Shown: piece after piece, positions 28,420 through 38,045 of the stretch
Position numbering within the stretch: position 1 is the first letter of the stretch
Layout of the letters: every line of letters starts with the position of its first letter
Assembly: GCA_015487335.1 (NCBI GenBank)
Contig: WFPZ01000017.1
Location: forward strand, 1-44,120
Origin: Paracoccaceae bacterium
GTDB taxonomy: Bacteria; Pseudomonadota; Alphaproteobacteria; Rhodobacterales; Rhodobacteraceae
Length of the DNA: 44,120 bases
Direction: 5' to 3'
The notes under the pieces: generated by a model
The model's input: the letters and a program-made list of their open reading frames with translations, nothing else
What the model was told of the DNA's origin: nothing
Database searches by the model: none
Position numbers and translations under genes: made by a program

Positions 28420-28589
28420 ATCTGGACGGTTGGCGGGTTCTGCCCTTCTCGTGAAGAGGTCCAATTCCGGTGGCCTTAAATAATTCCGAGGGAGCTGGCT
28501 CTGTCCGGATCGTGGTCCGGTTACCTGGCGCCCACCTGTAGTTGCAGGTCCTCGGGAATTCGCACACCTCCACGGCCGTGGCGGGCCCG
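28420..28589 (+). ncRNA. Candidate structured small RNA (~170 nt), unclassified
   Basis: P1 pairs 28472-28481 with 28540-50 (10 bp plus one bulge). It encloses hairpins CCGGA/UCCGG (28495-28510) and ACCUG/CAGGU (28524-28539). A single-stranded ACACCUCC follows, then terminator GUGGCGGGCCCGCCAC (28568-28583) plus UUUCUU. No plausible ORF is present. The ends are estimates. Confidence 0.4.
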
Positions 28590-28637
28590 CCACTTTCTTC
28601 CGGCAGAATGCGGGAAATGCCAGCGTGCCCGCCGGGC

Positions 28638-28976
28638 TCAGCCCCGCGGCTGCGGCTCCTGCACGGGGACCGGCACGGCGGCCATCTCGGGGGCCATCGC
28701 GGGGCTCAGCAGCTTGCGCACCCGCTCGCGGCGGCCGCCGGCGGGGGGCTCTTCGGGTTCGGCCATGCGCATGATGGTGATGGCGAACTGCACCCCGGCG
28801 AACACCGCGCCATTGGCGATGAACAGCATGCCCACGGCGATCCAGCCCATGTCGGAGGAGCTGACGAGATGGCCCAGGTTGGCCACGTTCTGCCACAGCA
28901 GCACAGCGACGAAGACCCCCGAGAGAACGTATCCGATGACGATCTCGATGATGTAGAGGCGGACAAGCTTGGGCAT
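28638..28976 (-). CDS. Hypothetical membrane protein (112 aa from ATG 28976)
   Basis: Three hydrophobic helices (LYIIEIVIGYVLSGVFVAVLLW, WIAVGMLFIANGAVFAGVQFAITI). No recognised family. Confidence 0.5.
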   Translation of the reverse strand: MPKLVRLYIIEIVIGYVLSGVFVAVLLWQNVANLGHLVSSSDMGWIAVGMLFIANGAVFAGVQFAITIMRMAEPEEPPAGGRRERVRKLLSPAMAPEMAAVPVPVQEPQPRG

Positions 28977-29077
28977 GGTCACTCCGGTTGCGGGTTGTTC
29001 CTGCATCCAATATGGCGCATCGGACGAGGATGTGAAGAGGCAATCTGGCCGCAGGGGCGGCGGTGGCCCGTTCCCGC

Positions 29078-29548
29078 TCAGAACGCCTCGGGCCGGGCCT
29101 CGCGGGCCATGTGGTCAAGCACCGCGTTGACGAATTTCGCCTCGCGCCCCTCGGGGAAGAAGGCCCTGGCCACGTCCACGAACTCCGAGATCACCACCTT
29201 CGGCGGGGCGGTGCCCTCGATCAGCTCGGCGCCCGCGGCCCGGAACAGCGCCCTGAGCGTGGGGTCGATGCGGTTGATCGGCCATTTCTCCACCAGCGCC
29301 CGGTCGGTCATCTGGTCGATCCGGGCCTGCCAGTTGACGGCCGTCTCGACAATGGTCCGAAACAGCGCCGGGTCGCCCTCGACCATCTGTTCGCCATCGT
29401 AGCTGACCCCGAAGCGGTGCTCCTCGAACTCGCGCAGCACCGCATCCACGGTCTGGCCCGAGGCCTCCATCTGAAACAGCGCCTGCACCGCGTAAAGCCG
29501 TGCCGCCGCCTTCATCTGCCGCTCCTTCGATAGCTTCTTCATGGTCAT
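29078..29548 (-). CDS. nusB: Transcription antitermination factor NusB (156 aa)
   Basis: AARLYAVQALFQME and VLDHMARE motifs. ATGA overlap with the ribH stop. Classic ribH-nusB pairing. Confidence 0.88.
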   Translation of the reverse strand: MTMKKLSKERQMKAAARLYAVQALFQMEASGQTVDAVLREFEEHRFGVSYDGEQMVEGDPALFRTIVETAVNWQARIDQMTDRALVEKWPINRIDPTLRALFRAAGAELIEGTAPPKVVISEFVDVARAFFPEGREAKFVNAVLDHMAREARPEAF

Positions 29549-30090
29549 GCGCCCTGCGGCCCTTCCTCGCCCCCGGCGATCAGGATGGCATCGGGCCTGA
29601 AGCCCACGCCCTTGCGGCCCCTGCCCCATCTGCGGGTCAGCGCCACCAGATGGAGCGCCGCCGCCGCCGCGCCGCCGCCCTTGTCCTGCTGCCCGGGGTC
29701 GGCACGGACGACGGCCTGTTCCATGGTCTCGACGGTGAGGATGCCGTTGCCGATGCACAGCCCCTCCAGGCCCAGATCCATCAGCCCGCGCGAGCTTTCG
29801 TTGCAGACGGTCTCGTAGTGGGTGGTCTCGCCGCGGATCACGCAGCCCAGCGCCACGTAGCCGTCGAAGTTCGACTGCCGGTCGGCGATGCGGATGGCCG
29901 GCGGGATCTCCAGCGCGCCGGGCACCTCCACCACCTCGCAGGTGGCCCCCGCGGCCTCGATCGTGGCCCGGGCGCCGGCCAGCAGGTCGTCGGCCACCGC
30001 ACGGTAGTAGGGGGCAAGCACGATCAGCAGCTTCACCGGCTCGGAAAACGCCGGCAGCGGCAGGGTGTGATGCTCTTCCAGACCGGCCAT
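29545..30090 (-). CDS. ribH: 6,7-dimethyl-8-ribityllumazine synthase (181 aa from ATG 30090; GTG 30093 possible)
   Basis: VPGALEIP, YVALGCVIRGETTHYETV and GNGILTVET motifs. TGATG overlap with the upstream ribB-type gene. Confidence 0.9.
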   Translation of the reverse strand: MAGLEEHHTLPLPAFSEPVKLLIVLAPYYRAVADDLLAGARATIEAAGATCEVVEVPGALEIPPAIRIADRQSNFDGYVALGCVIRGETTHYETVCNESSRGLMDLGLEGLCIGNGILTVETMEQAVVRADPGQQDKGGGAAAAALHLVALTRRWGRGRKGVGFRPDAILIAGGEEGPQGA

Positions 30091-31211
30091 CACTCTGCCT
30101 CCATGGGAATGGGATGGGTGCCCTCGATCGACAGGCCGTAGGCCTCGAGCCCGACCACCCGGGGCGGCGGCGAGTTGGACACCAGGATCAGCCGGCGCAG
30201 GCCGAGGGAGGCCAGGATCTGCGCTCCCAGCCCGTACTGGCGCAAGGTGCGGGGGCTGGCCTCGTCATCCATCAGCAGCTTCATTTCGGTGTCGCGCAGC
30301 AGCACCACCACCCCGCGCCCGGCCTCGCCGATCACCCGCATGGCGTTTTCCAGCTCGTGCGAGGTCTTGCCGATGCCCAGCACGTCCTGCAGCGGATTGA
30401 GCGCGTGCATGCGCACCAGCACCGGCTCGTCGGTGGTGATGTCGCCCTTGGTCAGCACGACATGTTCGGCGCCCTGGGTCTCGTCGGTGAAGACGCGCAT
30501 CATCCAGTCGCCGCCGAAGGCCGATTGCACCGCCTTGCGGGCGCTTTCGTGCACCAGATTGTCGTGGCGGCGGCGATAGGCGATCAGATCGGAAATCGTG
30601 CCGATCTTCAGCCCGTGCTTGCGGGCGAAGGACACCAGATCGGGCAGCCGGGCCATGGTGCCGTCGTCGTTCATGATCTCGCAGATCACGCCGGCCGGAA
30701 TCAGCCCCGCCAGACGCGCGATATCCACCGCCGCCTCGGTGTGGCCGGCGCGCACCAGCACGCCGCCGTCGCGGGCGCGCAGCGGGAAGACATGGCCCGG
30801 CGTGGCGATATCGGCCGCCCCCTTGGAGGCGTCGATGGCGACTGCCACGGTGCGGGCCCGGTCGTGGGCCGAGATGCCGGTGGAGACCCCCTCGCGCGCC
30901 TCGATCGAGATGGTGAAGGCGGTCTCGTGGCGCGAGGAATTCTGCGAGGCCATCAGCGGCAGGCCCAGCGCGTCGATCCGCTCTCCGGTCAGGGCGAGGC
31001 AGATCAGCCCGCGCCCGTGGGTGGCCATGAAGTTGATCGCCTCGGGGGTGGCCATCTGGGCGGGGATCACCAGATCGCCCTCGTTCTCGCGGTCCTCGTG
31101 ATCGACGAGGATGAACATCCGCCCGTTGCGCGCATCCTCGATGATCTCCTCGATCGCGGATACCGCATCGCGCCAGTTTTCCTCTGCCGGGCCGGCGTTT
31201 TCGTTGCTCAT
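30090..31211 (-). CDS. ribB: 3,4-dihydroxy-2-butanone-4-phosphate synthase fused to a GTP-cyclohydrolase-II-like domain lacking the zinc cysteines (RibBX type), 373 aa
   Basis: DHBP synthase motifs DRENEGDLVIPA and THGRGLICLAL. The C-terminal domain aligns to GCH II (PVLVRMH..., GLGAQILASLGL) but reads HALNPLQDVLGIGKTS where SECLTGD...CDCG is expected. Confidence 0.85.
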   Translation of the reverse strand: MSNENAGPAEENWRDAVSAIEEIIEDARNGRMFILVDHEDRENEGDLVIPAQMATPEAINFMATHGRGLICLALTGERIDALGLPLMASQNSSRHETAFTISIEAREGVSTGISAHDRARTVAVAIDASKGAADIATPGHVFPLRARDGGVLVRAGHTEAAVDIARLAGLIPAGVICEIMNDDGTMARLPDLVSFARKHGLKIGTISDLIAYRRRHDNLVHESARKAVQSAFGGDWMMRVFTDETQGAEHVVLTKGDITTDEPVLVRMHALNPLQDVLGIGKTSHELENAMRVIGEAGRGVVVLLRDTEMKLLMDDEASPRTLRQYGLGAQILASLGLRRLILVSNSPPPRVVGLEAYGLSIEGTHPIPMEAE

Positions 31212-31316
31212 CGGGGACTCACCTTCGTTCTCTCCGCGCCCGAATATCCGAACGCCCCGCCAGTTGCCAGATATTGTTGCGCCCGCCCCGGCGGGGCGGC
31301 GAGAGCCCCGGGGCGG

Positions 31317-33458
31317 TCAGGTTTCCGTCCTGCCGCGGGCCTCGCGCACCAGTTTCAGGATGTGCCGCGCCGCCTGCGGGATGTTGGTGCCGGGGCCGAA
31401 GATCGCCTTCACCCCCGCCTGCCTGAGGAAATCGTAATCCTGCTGCGGGATCACCCCACCGCAGATCACGATGATGTCCTCGGCGCCCTGGGCCTTCAGC
31501 GCCTCGATCAGCTTCGGCGCCAGCGTCTTGTGGCCGGCCGCCTGGCTGGAAATGCCGACGATGTGCACGTCGTTGTCCACCGCGTCCTGGGCCGCCTCCT
31601 CGGGGGTCTGGAACAGCGGGCCCACATCGACGTCGAAGCCGATGTCGGCGAAGGCGGTGGCGATCACCTTGGCGCCGCGGTCGTGGCCGTCCTGGCCCAT
31701 CTTGACCACCAGCATGCGCGGGCGGCGGCCCTCTTCCTCGGCGAAGCGCTCCACCTCCTTCTGGATCGCGGCGAAGTCCTCGTCGCCCTCGTAGGCCGCG
31801 CCATAGACGCCCGCGAGCGTCTTCACCTCGGCCCGGTGCCGGCCGAATGCCTTTTCCATCGCCATGGATATCTCTCCTACCGTGGCGCGCGCCCGCGCCG
31901 CTTCCACCGCCAGCTCGAGCAGGTTGCCCTCGCCGGTGCGCGCCGCCCTTTCCAGCGCCGCCAGCGCGGCCTCCACCGCCGCGCCGTCGCGCCCGGCCTT
32001 CACCTTCTCGAGCCGCGCGATCTGGGCCTCGCGCACCGCCGTGTTGTCGATCTCGCGGATCTCGATCGGCTCCTCCCGCTCGGGGCGGAAGCGGTTGACG
32101 CCCACGATCACCTCCTCGCCGCGGTCGATCGCCGCCTGCCGGCGCGCCGCCGCCTCCTCGATGCGCAGCTTGGGCAGGCCCGAGGCCACCGCCCGGGTCA
32201 TCCCGCCCATGGCGTCCACCTCCTCGATCAGCTTCCAGGCCTCGTCGGCGAGATCGGCGGTCAGCTTCTCCACGTAGTAGGAGCCGGCCAGCGGATCGAC
32301 CACCTTCGTCACCCCCGTCTCGTGCTGCAGGATCAGCTGGGTGTTGCGGGCGATGCGGGCCGAGAACTCGGTCGGCAGGGCGATCGCCTCGTCAAACGAG
32401 TTGGTATGCAGCGACTGGGTGCCGCCCAGCACCGCCGAAAGCGCCTCGTAGGCGGTGCGGATGATGTTGTTGTAGGGGTCCTGCTCCTGCAGGCTGACCC
32501 CGGAGGTCTGGCAATGGGTGCGCAGCATCAGCGAGCGCGGGTTCTTCGGGTTGAACTCCGACATGATCCGGTGCCACAGAAGCCGCGCGGCGCGCAGCTT
32601 GGCCGCCTCCATGAAGAAGTTCATGCCGATGGCGAAGAAGAACGAAAGCCGCGGCGCGAAGGCGTCCACGTCCATGCCGCGCGCCAGCGCCGCCTTCACG
32701 TATTCCTTGCCGTCGGCAAGGGTGTAGGCCAGCTCCTGCACCAGCGTCGCGCCCGCTTCCTGCATGTGGTAGCCGGAAATCGAGATCGAGTTGAAGCGCG
32801 GCATCTCGCGCGCGGTATATTCGATGATGTCGGCCACGATGCGCATGCTCGGCTCGGGCGGGTAGATGTAGGTGTTGCGCACCATGAATTCCTTGAGGAT
32901 GTCGTTCTGGATGGTGCCCGAGAGATCCTTGCGCGCGACGCCCTGCTCTTCGCCGGTGACGATGAAGGCGGCGAGAATCGGGATCACCGCGCCGTTCATC
33001 GTCATGGAGACCGACACCTTCTCCAGCGGAATGCCGTCGAAGAGGATCTTCATGTCCTCCACCGAATCGATGGCGACCCCGGCCTTGCCCACGTCGCCCA
33101 CCACCCGGGGGTGGTCGCTGTCATAGCCGCGGTGGGTGGCCAGATCGAAGGCCACCGAAATGCCCTGCTGGCCGGCTTCCAGCGCCTTGCGGTAGAAGGC
33201 GTTGCTTTCCTCGGCTGTGGAAAAGCCCGCATACTGGCGGATCGTCCATGGCCGGCCGGCATACATGGTGGCGCGGGGCCCGCGCAGATAGGGCGGCAGG
33301 CCGGGCAAAGAGCCCAGGTGTTCCAGCCCCTGCGTATCCTCTTCGGTGAACAGCGGCTTGATGTCGATGCCCTCGGGCGTGTGCCAGGTGAGGCTGTCCA
33401 CCGGCCGCCCGCGCAGCTCCTTTTCCGCCAGTTCCTTCCACTTGTCGATGCCGCTCAT
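31317..33458 (-). CDS. mcm: Methylmalonyl-CoA mutase, large single-polypeptide form (713 aa)
   Basis: [37 protein letters not shown], and C-terminal B12-binding [11 protein letters not shown]. Confidence 0.93.
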   Translation of the reverse strand: MSGIDKWKELAEKELRGRPVDSLTWHTPEGIDIKPLFTEEDTQGLEHLGSLPGLPPYLRGPRATMYAGRPWTIRQYAGFSTAEESNAFYRKALEAGQQGISVAFDLATHRGYDSDHPRVVGDVGKAGVAIDSVEDMKILFDGIPLEKVSVSMTMNGAVIPILAAFIVTGEEQGVARKDLSGTIQNDILKEFMVRNTYIYPPEPSMRIVADIIEYTAREMPRFNSISISGYHMQEAGATLVQELAYTLADGKEYVKAALARGMDVDAFAPRLSFFFAIGMNFFMEAAKLRAARLLWHRIMSEFNPKNPRSLMLRTHCQTSGVSLQEQDPYNNIIRTAYEALSAVLGGTQSLHTNSFDEAIALPTEFSARIARNTQLILQHETGVTKVVDPLAGSYYVEKLTADLADEAWKLIEEVDAMGGMTRAVASGLPKLRIEEAAARRQAAIDRGEEVIVGVNRFRPEREEPIEIREIDNTAVREAQIARLEKVKAGRDGAAVEAALAALERAARTGEGNLLELAVEAARARATVGEISMAMEKAFGRHRAEVKTLAGVYGAAYEGDEDFAAIQKEVERFAEEEGRRPRMLVVKMGQDGHDRGAKVIATAFADIGFDVDVGPLFQTPEEAAQDAVDNDVHIVGISSQAAGHKTLAPKLIEALKAQGAEDIIVICGGVIPQQDYDFLRQAGVKAIFGPGTNIPQAARHILKLVREARGRTET

Positions 33459-33569
33459 GACGCATCCCCCATCCGTTTGGCCGGCGCGGGCAACTTCCCC
33501 GTGACATTGCCGGCAAAATACTTCGTATTTCCTGCGAACCGCCCTATATCGGTCAGGAACGGAGACAGC

Positions 33570-34064
33570 ATGAAACCACTCTTGGCACTTGTAATCGCGA
33601 CGCTGGTCGGCTTGCCCGCGGCGGCCCAGGAGGCGGGCCAGGGTGCGGGCGATCCGCCGCCTGCGCAGGAGCCGGCCGAGCCCGCCCTCGACATCCGCGA
33701 TGCGGCGGAGGTCACGCTGGAAGAGTTTCTCTGGCTCAAGCGGCTGTTGATCGTCTTCGCCGATACCGAGCGCGACCCCTCCTTCCGCAAGCAGATGGAA
33801 TTCATCCTCGAACGCCCCACCGACCTGATCGAGCGCGACGTGGTGGTGATCGTCGATACCGACCCGGCCAACCCCTCGGCGGTGCGCCGGAAGCTGCGCC
33901 CGCGCGGCTTCGGTTTCGTGCTGATCGGCAAGGACGGGGTGGTGGCGCTGCGCAAGCCCACGCCGTGGGAGACGCGCGAGATTGCCCGCACCATCGACAA
34001 GATGCCGCTGCGGCTCGATGAGATCCGCGCCCGGAAGGCCGCGCAGCAGCAGGAGGCACGCTGA
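33570..34064 (+). CDS. Secreted DUF4174-like protein (164 aa)
   Basis: Signal peptide [20 protein letters not shown], then [11 protein letters not shown]...[13 protein letters not shown], a thioredoxin-like DUF4174 pattern recalled from memory. Confidence 0.55.
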   Translation: MKPLLALVIATLVGLPAAAQEAGQGAGDPPPAQEPAEPALDIRDAAEVTLEEFLWLKRLLIVFADTERDPSFRKQMEFILERPTDLIERDVVVIVDTDPANPSAVRRKLRPRGFGFVLIGKDGVVALRKPTPWETREIARTIDKMPLRLDEIRARKAAQQQEAR

Positions 34065-34068
34065 GGGC

Positions 34069-34986
34069 TCATGGCGCGCGGCCTCCGGCGCCGGGGGCGA
34101 TCAGCCGCACGCCCGCCAGCGCGCCGTCCTCCAGCGCCCGCACCTCGGCGGCGAAACGCGCCTCCAGCGCCGCCTGCTGATCGGGGGAAAACGGCGCGAA
34201 GGGGGGCGAGTCGGGGCCTTCCTCCGCCTCCAGCCGTTCGCGCAGCTCCCTGCCGGAAAGCCCCGGGCATTCCTTGCGCAGCCGCAGCCCCCGCGCCAGC
34301 GCCTCTGCCGAGGGGCTGGCATTGGACAGGCCCTCGGGCAGGCGCATCCGGCCGGCCACCGGGCCGAGCATCCGCGCCAGCACGCCGGGCAGAACCTGCG
34401 GCGCGCGCTCGTGCACCCAGACGAAGACCGGGCTCTCGGGCAGGGCGGCGCGCAGATCGGCCAGCACGTCGCGCCAGCCGCGGCGCGAGGCGGCCAGATC
34501 CTCGCGCAGATCCCCGAAAGCGGGAAGATCGTTGCGAAGCGCCGCGAAGGCATAGGCCGAGGCCCAGTAGCCGGCATAGCTGCGGATCGAGAAATACACC
34601 GCCCCCGGCGGCCGGGGGAAGAGCTCGCGGATCGCCGCCACCCGTGCCCGCGCCTTCGGATAGAGCGCCCGGCCGCGCAGGTTGCCCACCATGCTGCCCG
34701 GCAGGTTCTCCTCGCTGACCAGCAGCCGCCGCACGCCGCGCTCCTGCAGTTCGCGAATGTCCTGCCGCACCGCCTCCCGGATCCGGTGCATCTGCCGCGC
34801 CGCGCCGTCGTCGCTTGCGGCCCGCCCGGCGATGGTGAAGAAGCTGTCGAGCCCGCGTTCGCGCGTCACCTTCGGCCCCCAGAACGCCTGCCCCGCCCGC
34901 GCCAGACGGCCGGCGTTGCGGTTGCACGCCTGCTGCAGCGCGGTGGTGCCCGTGCGATGGGCCCCCAGATGCAGAACGATCTCCAC
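34069..34986 (-). CDS. Hypothetical protein with an N-terminal sulfotransferase-like P-loop (305 aa from GTG 34986)
   Basis: [18 protein letters not shown] resembles the PAPS-binding loop of sulfotransferase-fold proteins. It starts 15 nt after the pccA stop. The start codon is inferred. Confidence 0.45.
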   Translation of the reverse strand: MEIVLHLGAHRTGTTALQQACNRNAGRLARAGQAFWGPKVTRERGLDSFFTIAGRAASDDGAARQMHRIREAVRQDIRELQERGVRRLLVSEENLPGSMVGNLRGRALYPKARARVAAIRELFPRPPGAVYFSIRSYAGYWASAYAFAALRNDLPAFGDLREDLAASRRGWRDVLADLRAALPESPVFVWVHERAPQVLPGVLARMLGPVAGRMRLPEGLSNASPSAEALARGLRLRKECPGLSGRELRERLEAEEGPDSPPFAPFSPDQQAALEARFAAEVRALEDGALAGVRLIAPGAGGRAP

Positions 34987-35000
34987 CTGCCCGGCCTCGC

Positions 35001-37001
35001 CTATTCGAACTCCATGATCACCTCGTCCACGCCGAGGCTGTCGCCGGGGGCGGCGTTGATCTTCGCCACCACGCCCCGGCGCTCGGCGCGCAGGATGTTT
35101 TCCATCTTCATCGCCTCGACGGTGCACAGCGGCTGGCCCTCCTGCACCTCGTCGCCCTCGGCCACGTCCACCTTCACGATCAGCCCCGGCATCGGGCACA
35201 AGAGCAGCTTCGAGGTGTCGGGGGGCTGTTTCTCGGGCATCAGGGCGGCCAGTTCCGCCTGACGGGGGGTGCGCACGTGGACCTTCAGGTCGGCGCCGCG
35301 CAGCCGCACCCGGAAGCCGCCCGGGATCCTGGAGACCTTCATCACCAGGGGGCGTTCGTCCACGTCGAGGATGGCCAGCGGCTTGCCCGGGGTCCAGTCG
35401 GATTCGACCCGCATCCTGCGGCCGCCCTCGAAGCGGATGGTGGCGCCGTCGGGATCGGCCTCGATGGTGACCGGGAAATCCTCGCCCTGGGCCGAGACCA
35501 CCCACTCGGTTCCCACCTTGCGCTCGTGGTTGTCCATCCGCCCCGAGATGCGGGCGCGGCGGATTTCGGCAACCCGGTACATGGCCACGCAGGCCGCCAC
35601 CACCCGGCGCAGCAGCTCTTCGGGCAGGTCGACCCCGGAGAAGCCCTCGGGATATTCCTCCTCTATGAAGGCGGTGGTGATCTCGCCGGCAACGAAGCGC
35701 GGATGATCCATCACCGCCGAGAGGAACGGCAGGTTGTGGCCGATGCCCTCGATCTCGAAGGCATCCAGCGCGGTGCGCATGGCCTCGATGGCATGCGCCC
35801 GGTCCGGCGCCCAGGTGCACAGCTTGGCGATCATCGGGTCGTAGAACATGGAAATCTCGCCGCCCTCGTAGACCCCGGTGTCATTGCGCACCACGTAGGC
35901 CTCGGTGGCCACCTCGGCGGGCGGACGGTAGCGCGACAGCCGCCCCGTGGAGGGCAGGAAGTTGCGGTAGGGGTCCTCGGCATAGACCCGGCTCTCGATG
36001 GCCCAGCCGTTGAGGCGGATGTCCTCCTGGGCAAAGGGCAGCGTCTCGCCGGCGGCGATGCGGATCATCTGTTCCACCAGGTCGATGCCGGTGATCAGCT
36101 CGGTCACCGGGTGCTCCACCTGCAGGCGGGTATTCATTTCGAGGAAGTAGAAGTTGCGCTCGCCATCGACGATGAATTCCACCGTCCCGGCCGAGCTGTA
36201 GCCAACCGCCTGGGCAAGCGCCAGCGCCTGCTCGCCCATGGCGCGGCGGGTGTCCTCGTCGAGGAAGGGGCTGGGGGCCTCCTCGATGACCTTCTGGTTG
36301 CGCCGCTGGATGGAACACTCCCGCTCGCCCAGCCAGACCCCGTTGCCGTGGCTGTCGCACAGCACCTGGATCTCGATGTGCCGGGGCTGGGTGATGAATT
36401 TCTCGATGAAGATGCGGTCATCCCCGAAGCTGCTGGCCGCCTCGTTCCTCGAGCTCTGGAAGCCCTCGCGCGCCCCCTCGTCGTTGAAGGCGATCCGCAT
36501 GCCCTTGCCGCCGCCGCCGGCGGAGGCCTTGATCATCACCGGATAGCCGATCTGGCGGGAAATCCGCACCGCCTCGTCGGCATCGGCGATCAGGCCCATG
36601 TAGCCCGGCACCGTGTTCACCCCCGCTTCCTGCGCGAGCTTCTTGGAGGTGATCTTGTCGCCCATGGCCTCGATCGCCCCCCTGGGCGGGCCGATGAACA
36701 CCACCCCCTCGGCGGCCAGCGCCTCGGCAAAGGCGGGGTTTTCCGACAGGAAGCCATAGCCCGGATGCACCGCCTGCGCGCCGGTCTCGCGGATCGCGCG
36801 CATGATGTTGTCGATCACGATATAGGACTGGCTGGCCGGCGGCGGGCCGATGTGCACCGCCTCGTCGGCCATCTGCACATGCAGCGCGTTGCGGTCGGCG
36901 TCGGAGTAGACGGCCACCGTCGCGATTCCCATCTTCCGCGCCGTCCTGATGACGCGGCAGGCGATCTCTCCGCGGTTGGCAATCAGGATCTTCTGAAACA
37001 T
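35001..37001 (-). CDS. pccA: Propionyl-CoA carboxylase alpha subunit (biotin carboxylase plus BCCP), 666 aa
   Basis: MFQKILIANRGEIACRV, ATP-grasp motifs, and the C-terminal biotinyl motif VEAMKMEN. Lies in a cluster with pccB and mcm. Confidence 0.92.
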   Translation of the reverse strand: MFQKILIANRGEIACRVIRTARKMGIATVAVYSDADRNALHVQMADEAVHIGPPPASQSYIVIDNIMRAIRETGAQAVHPGYGFLSENPAFAEALAAEGVVFIGPPRGAIEAMGDKITSKKLAQEAGVNTVPGYMGLIADADEAVRISRQIGYPVMIKASAGGGGKGMRIAFNDEGAREGFQSSRNEAASSFGDDRIFIEKFITQPRHIEIQVLCDSHGNGVWLGERECSIQRRNQKVIEEAPSPFLDEDTRRAMGEQALALAQAVGYSSAGTVEFIVDGERNFYFLEMNTRLQVEHPVTELITGIDLVEQMIRIAAGETLPFAQEDIRLNGWAIESRVYAEDPYRNFLPSTGRLSRYRPPAEVATEAYVVRNDTGVYEGGEISMFYDPMIAKLCTWAPDRAHAIEAMRTALDAFEIEGIGHNLPFLSAVMDHPRFVAGEITTAFIEEEYPEGFSGVDLPEELLRRVVAACVAMYRVAEIRRARISGRMDNHERKVGTEWVVSAQGEDFPVTIEADPDGATIRFEGGRRMRVESDWTPGKPLAILDVDERPLVMKVSRIPGGFRVRLRGADLKVHVRTPRQAELAALMPEKQPPDTSKLLLCPMPGLIVKVDVAEGDEVQEGQPLCTVEAMKMENILRAERRGVVAKINAAPGDSLGVDEVIMEFE

Positions 37002-37042
37002 CTGCGCATCCCTCGTCTCGGCCTGGTCGCATGAAGAAGGGC

Positions 37043-37063
37043 CACCGGAGAGGCGCTCCGGTG
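37043..37063 (-). terminator. Hairpin between the lipoprotein gene and pccA
   Basis: caccggag-aggcg-ctccggtg is a perfect 8-bp stem. On the minus strand it is followed by GCCCTTCTTC. Confidence 0.5.
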
Positions 37064-37112
37064 ACCCGCAGGAGTTGCCCGTCGCCCGGAGGCGCGGGTG
37101 TTCAGTTCGGCT

Positions 37113-37316
37113 TCAGCACAGGTTGGTGCCGGTGTTCTGGCAATACAGGTTGACCCCGGCGCCCACCACCGCGCCCGTGGTGACATCGGCGCCGAGCACC
37201 ATCGCTGCGCCGGCGCCGGCCCCGGCGCCCATGAGCACCTGCTCCAGCGGGCTCTGCCCGCAAGCCGCAAGCACGACCAGTGCCGCGACTGCTCCGATCC
37301 AGGTTTTCCTGCGCAT
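37113..37316 (-). CDS. Small glycine-zipper lipoprotein (67 aa)
   Basis: Lipobox LAAC in MRRKTWIGAVAALVVLAACGQ, followed by a GAGAGAGAAMVLGADVTTGAVVGAG glycine zipper. Confidence 0.6.
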   Translation of the reverse strand: MRRKTWIGAVAALVVLAACGQSPLEQVLMGAGAGAGAAMVLGADVTTGAVVGAGVNLYCQNTGTNLC

Positions 37317-37682
37317 CTTTCACTGCCCTTTCCGATGAATTCTGCAACTGCACCTTTCCCGCCCGGAACAGCGGTCACAAACCCCTTTTCGCCTATCCGG
37401 CCGCTTTCGGCAAGAACCCGCGCCAACCGCGCCGCGGCACGGACCACCGGGGCCGGGCGGCGGCGGCCACGGGGGCGAGGCCCGGCCGGGGAAAGGCCGG
37501 GCCCCGGAGAAGGGGAAGGGTAACGGTTTTGACAATTCGTGGCCTGCGCTCTTCTCACGGCATCGACCACGGCCCGAGCATTGCGGAAAACGGCGCCTTC
37601 GGCAAACCCGGCGGCCGGCAGACCCGCCTTATCGGCCGATTTCCGCCATTTCCCGCATATGCTGAGCAAGATCATGCCTGAA

Positions 37683-38045
37683 CTACCCCTCGATTGCATC
37701 GGGAAAGGAGGCCCGCGCCCTGGCCACGTCGATTCGCAGCAGCGCGGTGTAGCTGGCCGGATCGAAAGGATCCTCGGCCGGAACCACCTCGCGGCCGAAC
37801 AGCCAGGACAGCCGCCCGGCATCGAGATTGCCGCGCTCGAAGGGCTCCTCGCCGAAATATTCCCACAAGGCGGCCATGAAGGCGGCATCGGCGCGCCGGT
37901 CGGCGGGCTTGCGGTCGGCGTGGCGCTCGCGCCGGACAAGCGGCGTGGCCCCGCGCGGGTTGGCCCGGCGAATGGTGAACTGGTAGTCGGTGCCCGGCAG
38001 CCGGCCGGGAAAGCCGCGGTGCTTTTTCATCGGCGGCAGGGCCAT
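37683..38045 (-). CDS. Hypothetical protein (120 aa), translationally coupled to the upstream ORF
   Basis: Its ATG shares one nt with the preceding stop (TGATG at 38047-38043). Sequence [32 protein letters not shown]... has no recognised family. Confidence 0.5.
   Translation of the reverse strand: MALPPMKKHRGFPGRLPGTDYQFTIRRANPRGATPLVRRERHADRKPADRRADAAFMAALWEYFGEEPFERGNLDAGRLSWLFGREVVPAEDPFDPASYTALLRIDVARARASFPDAIEG

Noticed and set aside
28420-28589. Whether the structured intergenic element is a known housekeeping RNA (4.5S/SRP, 6S, tmRNA piece).
   Set aside because: It has no SRP domain IV motif (GGAA tetraloop with AGCA/AGG loops), no tRNA-like end and no long 6S-type bubble helix. It is left as an unclassified candidate.
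31212-31316. An FMN (RFN) riboswitch was expected upstream of the ribB-type gene.
   Set aside because: The interval is only 105 bp. It holds a GC palindrome (the mcm terminator) and nothing resembling the conserved RFN core.
37529-37557. Consensus TTGACA on the plus strand inside the pcc gap, as a possible antisense promoter.
   Set aside because: The element 17 nt downstream is TTCTCA, a very poor -10. No plus-strand gene or terminator follows.
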